A stretch of DNA of 64,000 bases from the NCBI GenBank assembly GCA_965242865.1, contig CBDETK010000013.1, forward strand, positions 3,712,001-3,776,000, in the 5' to 3' direction. A program made the translations under genes and the position numbers. This stretch comes from Candidatus Latescibacterota bacterium (GTDB taxonomy: Bacteria > Latescibacterota > UBA2968 > UBA8231). Shown one piece after another: positions 59,043 through 64,000 of this stretch. Below the pieces are notes generated by a model. That model made no database searches, was not told where the DNA came from, and was given only the letters and a program-made list of their open reading frames with translations. Positions within the stretch are counted from its first letter, which is position 1; the number at the start of each line of letters is the position of its first letter.

Positions 59043-60068
59043 TCAGTCGGCAAGCACTTCCTCGGCATAGGCGAACAGGGCGGGGTTGCCGCCGGTGTGC
59101 AGGAAGAGCGCCTCGCCGTCAAGCCCGCCATCGCGTGCGTGGGCAAAAAGGCCGGCGAGGGCCTTGCTGGTGTACACGGGATCGAGGAGAATGCCCTCTT
59201 TGCGCGCCAAAGTACGCAGAGCATCCAAGCCGGCCGGAGTGGGGATGCCGTACCCCTCGCCGACGAAGGAATCGTCGTTGTCGAAGTCAGCGGCGTTCAT
59301 GGCCATGTCGAGGCCGAGGCGACGAGCGGCTTGGTTGGCGAGGGCGGCCATGTCCGCGTGGCGGCTGTCGGCACCGGGGAAAGGACTGAAGCCGCGGACC
59401 TGGATCGGCGACTCGATATACGCTAGGCCTAACGCCACGCCGGCTTGGGTGGTGTCGAGAGCGCAGAGATAGAGGTAAGACGGATTGATGCCTTGCTCTT
59501 GGCATTGGCGGGCAATTTCCACGCCCACTTCGGCATAGGCGATGGCGTCGAGGTCGATGGTATCTTCGCGGCGCGGCCAGTACGCGTTTTTCCCTTGGGC
59601 GGAAAGCTCTTCGACCTTGGCTTGGATGGCGTCTTGTTGGCCGCGCCGGTCGCCTTCGGCTAGGATGGTGATCTGGGCGCCGAGCAGGTGCTGGAGCAGG
59701 TTGTTGCCTTGGGATTCGGTGCGGTCGATTGCGCGCACGGGCCGGAGGATCAGGTGCAATTCCAAGTCTAGCTTGGCGCAGGCCGCGGCGAGTTGGCGGC
59801 AGTAGTTGGACTGCACGGCCGCGCCCGAGACGATGGTATCGGCACCTTGGGCCAAGGCGTCGGCCAAGGCAAACTCGAACATCCGCGTCTTGTTGCCGCC
59901 AAAGGCCAGCCCCGTCAGGTCGTCGCGCTTGATGTAGAGAGCAGGGCTGTCGAGATGGGCCGTTAGGCGCGGCAGCGGCTCCAGCGGGGTGGGGCGGATT
60001 GAGGCTAGCGGGACGCGGGGTAGCTTGGCGATGGTTGCGGTGAGGGCGTTGGCTTTTGCAGGGTTCAT
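59043..60068 (-). CDS. D-cysteine desulfhydrase/ACC deaminase family PLP enzyme
   Basis: KRDDLTG..FGGNKTR, VQSNYCR, LDPVYTSKA, FLHTGG. Confidence 0.9.
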   Translation of the reverse strand: MNPAKANALTATIAKLPRVPLASIRPTPLEPLPRLTAHLDSPALYIKRDDLTGLAFGGNKTRMFEFALADALAQGADTIVSGAAVQSNYCRQLAAACAKLDLELHLILRPVRAIDRTESQGNNLLQHLLGAQITILAEGDRRGQQDAIQAKVEELSAQGKNAYWPRREDTIDLDAIAYAEVGVEIARQCQEQGINPSYLYLCALDTTQAGVALGLAYIESPIQVRGFSPFPGADSRHADMAALANQAARRLGLDMAMNAADFDNDDSFVGEGYGIPTPAGLDALRTLARKEGILLDPVYTSKALAGLFAHARDGGLDGEALFLHTGGNPALFAYAEEVLAD

Positions 60069-60240
60069 GGAGAGTCTCCTTTGGGTAGCGTCGGGTGGTC
60101 GTTTGGCGGTGGCAGGGTTGCGGCGCACAGCAAATCCGCGTCTAGGTTGGGGGGTAGGATAAGAGGTGTCAAGGGTTTGTGAAGGGGGGGTGGGATGCGT
60201 AGTTTACCTGGAAGCAGAGAGCGATAGAAAGGGGGAAAGC

Positions 60241-61044
60241 ATGAGGTACGTTTATCATGTTCATCTCGAGGAGTTGGACCGACAATACGCCCCGGTCTGT
60301 CCGGCATATCAGCGACAGACCCTGTGGTTTGCATTCGACTATTGGGAATTGAAGCCAAGGCAAGTGCGCCCGGTGGAAGGTACGTGGCTAGCGTGTGAAC
60401 AAGGCTATGTGGTTGCGAACGGGTCGGTGGAGTTGACCGTGCGGCAGCAGCGAGTAAAAAGCGGCGGAAAGGTCGGCTTTATCGTCGATCACACTCGGTG
60501 CGATCACGTGCTGAAAAACTTGTCCAATACGTATGTACCTGTACTGCGCGTACGCGTCGCGCTACAGGACTATCGGCCAACGCAAGAGATGCGCCAGATT
60601 GCGCCGGAGGAGGAGGTAACGCTAGATGTGCCGCCCAAAACCGGGACCTTTGACGCGCAAAAGCTAACGTGGCGCGACGCCATTCACGGCGGCTGCGGTC
60701 AGATCGCCACCCGGCACGTGCTGTCGCCCAAGGATTTTTACAGTGACTGGACCTTTCTCGACCATGCGATCCTCGCCCCCGGTAGCTCCGTCGGGTATCA
60801 CTACCACGACGAGTTAGAGGAGAGCTTTTGGGTGCTGAAGGGACAAGGGCTGATGACGCTTGCCGACAAAACCTTTGCAGTGAGGCCGGGATCGGTTACT
60901 TGGCAGGGCATTGGGCAGGGGCACGGCATGTACAATCCCGGGCCGGAAAATCTGGAGTTTGTGCGCATCGCCGTGAAACAAGCAAACAAAGAGTACACGA
61001 CCATTGACCTGCACGACGATTTGTCGTCGCGCAGGCCGACTTGA
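60241..61044 (+). CDS. Cupin-domain protein (intact C-terminal cupin, degenerate N-terminal half)
   Basis: GYHYHDELEE, GHGMYN cupin motifs. Confidence 0.8.
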   Translation: MRYVYHVHLEELDRQYAPVCPAYQRQTLWFAFDYWELKPRQVRPVEGTWLACEQGYVVANGSVELTVRQQRVKSGGKVGFIVDHTRCDHVLKNLSNTYVPVLRVRVALQDYRPTQEMRQIAPEEEVTLDVPPKTGTFDAQKLTWRDAIHGGCGQIATRHVLSPKDFYSDWTFLDHAILAPGSSVGYHYHDELEESFWVLKGQGLMTLADKTFAVRPGSVTWQGIGQGHGMYNPGPENLEFVRIAVKQANKEYTTIDLHDDLSSRRPT

Positions 61045-61056
61045 GAAAGGAAGACC

Positions 61057-62028
61057 ATGGACCAAGCCAATACAGTACAGCGCATGGCCGAGGCGGCCGG
61101 CAATTTGCTCGCGTCTTTAGATGCGGCCGGCCGGCAAAAGGCGGTGCTCGATTTTGCCGACCGCGCAGAGCGCGAAAACTGGCACTACGTGCCGCGGGAG
61201 CGCGCCGGATTGCCGCTAAAGGAAATGGACGAGCACCAGCGGGTGCTAGCGCATGCATTGGTGGCGACCGGAGTCAGCGCGTCAGGGTACGAGAAAGTCT
61301 CGACGATCATTTCGTTGGAGTCAATACTGGCCGAGTTGGAGGGGGCTGGGCGGCGCTTTGAGCGCGATCCTGAGCGGTACTACGTGAGCATTTTCGGCGA
61401 GCCGGGCGGCGACGCGCCTTGGGGCTGGCGTTTTGAGGGCCACCACGTCTCGCTCAACCACACGATAGTAGAAGGTCGGATGCTCGGCTCAACGCCGCTG
61501 TTTTTTGGCTCAAACCCGGCCGAGGTGCGCCACGGCGCGCAAACGGGGCTGCGGGCTTTGCGGGAGGAGGAAGATCTGGGGCGTCAGCTTTTGCGCGAAC
61601 TAGACGGCGCGCAAAAAGCGGTGGCCGTCGTCAGTGCCGAGGCCCCTGGGGACATCCTCACGACCAACGCCCCCCATGTGCGCGACGAAATCGCGCCCAA
61701 GGGCTTGGGCCGTGCGGATATGAGCGCGGCGCAGGGCCAGGTTTTGGACGCGCTGATCGAAGTGTACGTCCAGCGCCTGCCCGAAGCGGTGGCCGAAGCC
61801 GAGTGGACGCGCCTCAAAGCAGCCGATTTGCCGGCCGCGCACTTTGCTTGGGCTGGCGCAGAGGAACGGGGGGGGCCGCACTACTACCGGGTGCAGGGGC
61901 CGAGCTTTTTGGCCGAGTACGACAACACCCAAAACGACGCCAACCACATCCACGCGGTCTGGCGCGACCTGCACAACGACTTCGGCGAGGATCTGCTCCG
62001 GCGACACTATCGGCAGAGCCACGCCTAG
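61057..62028 (+). CDS. DUF3500-domain protein
   Basis: WHYVP.ER.GL, WGWRFEGHHVSLN, EYDNTQNDANHIH.VWRD..NDFG. Confidence 0.88.
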   Translation: MDQANTVQRMAEAAGNLLASLDAAGRQKAVLDFADRAERENWHYVPRERAGLPLKEMDEHQRVLAHALVATGVSASGYEKVSTIISLESILAELEGAGRRFERDPERYYVSIFGEPGGDAPWGWRFEGHHVSLNHTIVEGRMLGSTPLFFGSNPAEVRHGAQTGLRALREEEDLGRQLLRELDGAQKAVAVVSAEAPGDILTTNAPHVRDEIAPKGLGRADMSAAQGQVLDALIEVYVQRLPEAVAEAEWTRLKAADLPAAHFAWAGAEERGGPHYYRVQGPSFLAEYDNTQNDANHIHAVWRDLHNDFGEDLLRRHYRQSHA

Positions 62029-62048
62029 TTCCGATTGGAGCGATTTCT

Positions 62049-64000
62049 TTGACCGTTACGGCCGTCTTCAGCGTACGCGCCGCGTTCTACGAACAATTGC
62101 ACTGCCGCTACCCGCGCCGCGAGTTCGACAACTGGCAGGTCTGGGGCGGCAACCTGACCCTTGAAATCGACGGTCGGATTTGCGAGCCGCCCCTCGCGAG
62201 GGCCTATATCGAGCCGGGCAAAACAGCGGCTCGCGCCCAAGTGCGCTGCGAGCTTTTCGTCGCGGCCATTGACCCGCAGCAAGTTCAGCCGGGAGATGTG
62301 GATGCGCGGCTGTGGACCGATGCCACTGGGACCAACGCTTACCTAGCGATGCGGCTGCTGGTCAACGCGGCAGGCACACCCGTGCTCGCCGGCAACAACC
62401 TCGTCTTTGAGTCGGCCGCTTTCGCGCTTGACCGCACCGGCACCTTCAACTACGCAGTGGAGTTCTCGGCCGACAGCTACGCCGAGGCCGGGCGCAAGGA
62501 ATGGGTCAGCCTCAACGATTTGGCCGAAAATCGCGACGGAGTCGTGGTCGTCAGCCCGGAATGGGTGCGCCAAGGGCCGACGGTCGCCGAGGTCTGCGTG
62601 CGCAAAGTCGGTGCGCGGGTTGCGGGAGGCCGCTTCCGCTCGGGGCGGATCGCCGAACTGACGCGGCGGTTAGACGCCATTGCGGCCGACGTGATTTACC
62701 TGCTGCCCTTTTTTCGCCCGGGTTTTGCAGACCTGCACACCGGCGAGGACGTGCGCAAGGGCACCCTCGGCAGCGTCTATGCAGTGCGGGACTTTTTCCA
62801 AATAGACCCCGAGCTCGTGTCGCCCGCCGAGGAAGTGGATTGGGCGTCGCTGGTGGCGGAAGGGTTGGTGCGCCCCAGCGAGCTGGAAGGTCTCGCCGGG
62901 CGGTCCGCGGCCCAAGCGGAAAAGGCCCTTGGCCGCCAAGCCTTCGTCCAGCTCGTCGGTCGCGCCGAGCTGCGGGCGCTGACGAAGAGGGCACACGCCC
63001 TCGGCAAGAAGATCATCTTCGACTTGGTGCTGATGCAGAGCAGCCGCGACTGCTCCCTGATCGCCGAGCACCCCGAATGGTATTTGCGCGACGAACGCGG
63101 GCGGCCGCAAATCCACCAGATCGCTTGGCTGGTCTATTCGGATGTCGCGCTCTTCGACTTGGTTTACAATCGGCCATTGCAGGAATACCTGCTGGCGATC
63201 GCCCCGTATTGGATCGAGCAATGCGGGTTCGACGGGGTGCGGATCGACGCCAGCCAGACCATTGACCGCCCCTTCCTCAAAAAGCTCAAGAACCGCATTC
63301 AAGCAGCCGCGCCCGAGGCCCTCGTGCTGGGCGAGACCCTGTGCCCGCTAACCGAAGCCGTGGACGTCCCGACCGACGCGATCTACGCGCTCTTGGTTGA
63401 CTTTCACCGCGATGTCGAGCACGCCCAGCCCTTCATCGAGTTCCTAGAGCAGATGAATCGCACCTTCGCGGCGGGCACCGTGGCCATGGCTTACTTTGAA
63501 AACCACGACAGTCCGCGCGCCACCGGCGTGTGGCACGAGCGGTTCCGGGAGTTGTTGCACGGCGACGAGCCGGCGCGGTCCTACTGGCAGGGCCTCCCCT
63601 GCCCCATCCAGCCGGACCCGGACGACCGCGCTCTGCTGATGGCCCTGCTCAAGAACTTGCAGGCCGCCCTGATCGATGGCTCGGCCGGCTCGGCCTGTGG
63701 GTGCAATCTGACGCGGGGTTTGGAGTTGGGCAGCGAGTGGGGCGAGGAAGCGCGCACGGACTTTGAAAACGAGACCCTGTTGCATTTTGAGCAAGCCGGG
63801 CGCGAGCCATACGCCAGTCTAGCGAGGGCCTACGAGCGGCTCTTCGCGCTACAAAAGGAATGGCCGGAGTGTTGCGACGGAGCGATCTACTTCCACCGCA
63901 ACGAGTTCGCTGGCGGCGACCCAAACGACCGCATTCTGGCGTATGGGCGCTATACTGAGCGGAGCGCGCTATTGGTGGCGCACAACTTTGACCCGCGCAC
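62049..64000 (+). CDS. GH13 alpha-amylase-family glycoside hydrolase (runs off the window)
   Basis: Manual translation from TTG after GGAG: IYLLPFF, GSVYAVRDF, GFDGVRIDAS, LGETL, YFENHDSPR. Confidence 0.85.
   Translation, partial: MTVTAVFSVRAAFYEQLHCRYPRREFDNWQVWGGNLTLEIDGRICEPPLARAYIEPGKTAARAQVRCELFVAAIDPQQVQPGDVDARLWTDATGTNAYLAMRLLVNAAGTPVLAGNNLVFESAAFALDRTGTFNYAVEFSADSYAEAGRKEWVSLNDLAENRDGVVVVSPEWVRQGPTVAEVCVRKVGARVAGGRFRSGRIAELTRRLDAIAADVIYLLPFFRPGFADLHTGEDVRKGTLGSVYAVRDFFQIDPELVSPAEEVDWASLVAEGLVRPSELEGLAGRSAAQAEKALGRQAFVQLVGRAELRALTKRAHALGKKIIFDLVLMQSSRDCSLIAEHPEWYLRDERGRPQIHQIAWLVYSDVALFDLVYNRPLQEYLLAIAPYWIEQCGFDGVRIDASQTIDRPFLKKLKNRIQAAAPEALVLGETLCPLTEAVDVPTDAIYALLVDFHRDVEHAQPFIEFLEQMNRTFAAGTVAMAYFENHDSPRATGVWHERFRELLHGDEPARSYWQGLPCPIQPDPDDRALLMALLKNLQAALIDGSAGSACGCNLTRGLELGSEWGEEARTDFENETLLHFEQAGREPYASLARAYERLFALQKEWPECCDGAIYFHRNEFAGGDPNDRILAYGRYTERSALLVAHNFDPR

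Noticed and set aside
61042-61059. Cupin TGA is in frame with the DUF3500 ATG, suggesting Sec read-through
   Set aside because: DUF3500 has its own SD (GAAAGGAAG), I see no SECIS-like hairpin or redox motif, and in-frame spacing occurs by chance one time in three.

Overview
A GC-rich bacterial chromosomal window. Five PhyH dioxygenases, a DUF6785 membrane protein, paired FlgD/CHU_C-tail proteins and an AAA-PD-(D/E)XK protein suggest a Latescibacterota/Poribacteria-like lineage, possibly a sponge symbiont (inference). The first ~17.6 kb is core: an envelope operon (TPR protein, sigma54 activator, HtrA, M24 peptidase, ccmE, ccmF) and a rearranged ispE-tRNA-Gln-rplY-pth-hppA-rpsF-DUF2232-rplI cluster that lacks prs, ssb and rpsR, followed by tRNA-Sec. 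The rest is catabolic and transport genes interleaved with toxin-antitoxin or defence-like modules (UPF0175/DUF3368, AAA-PDDEXK, AAA-DUF4143, HEPN-MNT, HicAB). Best leads: (1) an AT-rich NDK-fold gene bracketed by duplicated REP-palindrome plus promoter units; (2) a HEPN-MNT pair tightly coupled to a HAD phosphatase; (3) a circularly permuted 42-bp intragenic insertion in the TPR gene; (4) a CCWGG-depletion mutational signature; (5) a tandem pair of uncharacterised secreted paralogs. I found no integrase, transposase or CRISPR array. All product calls come from motif recognition by eye; no database searches were run.
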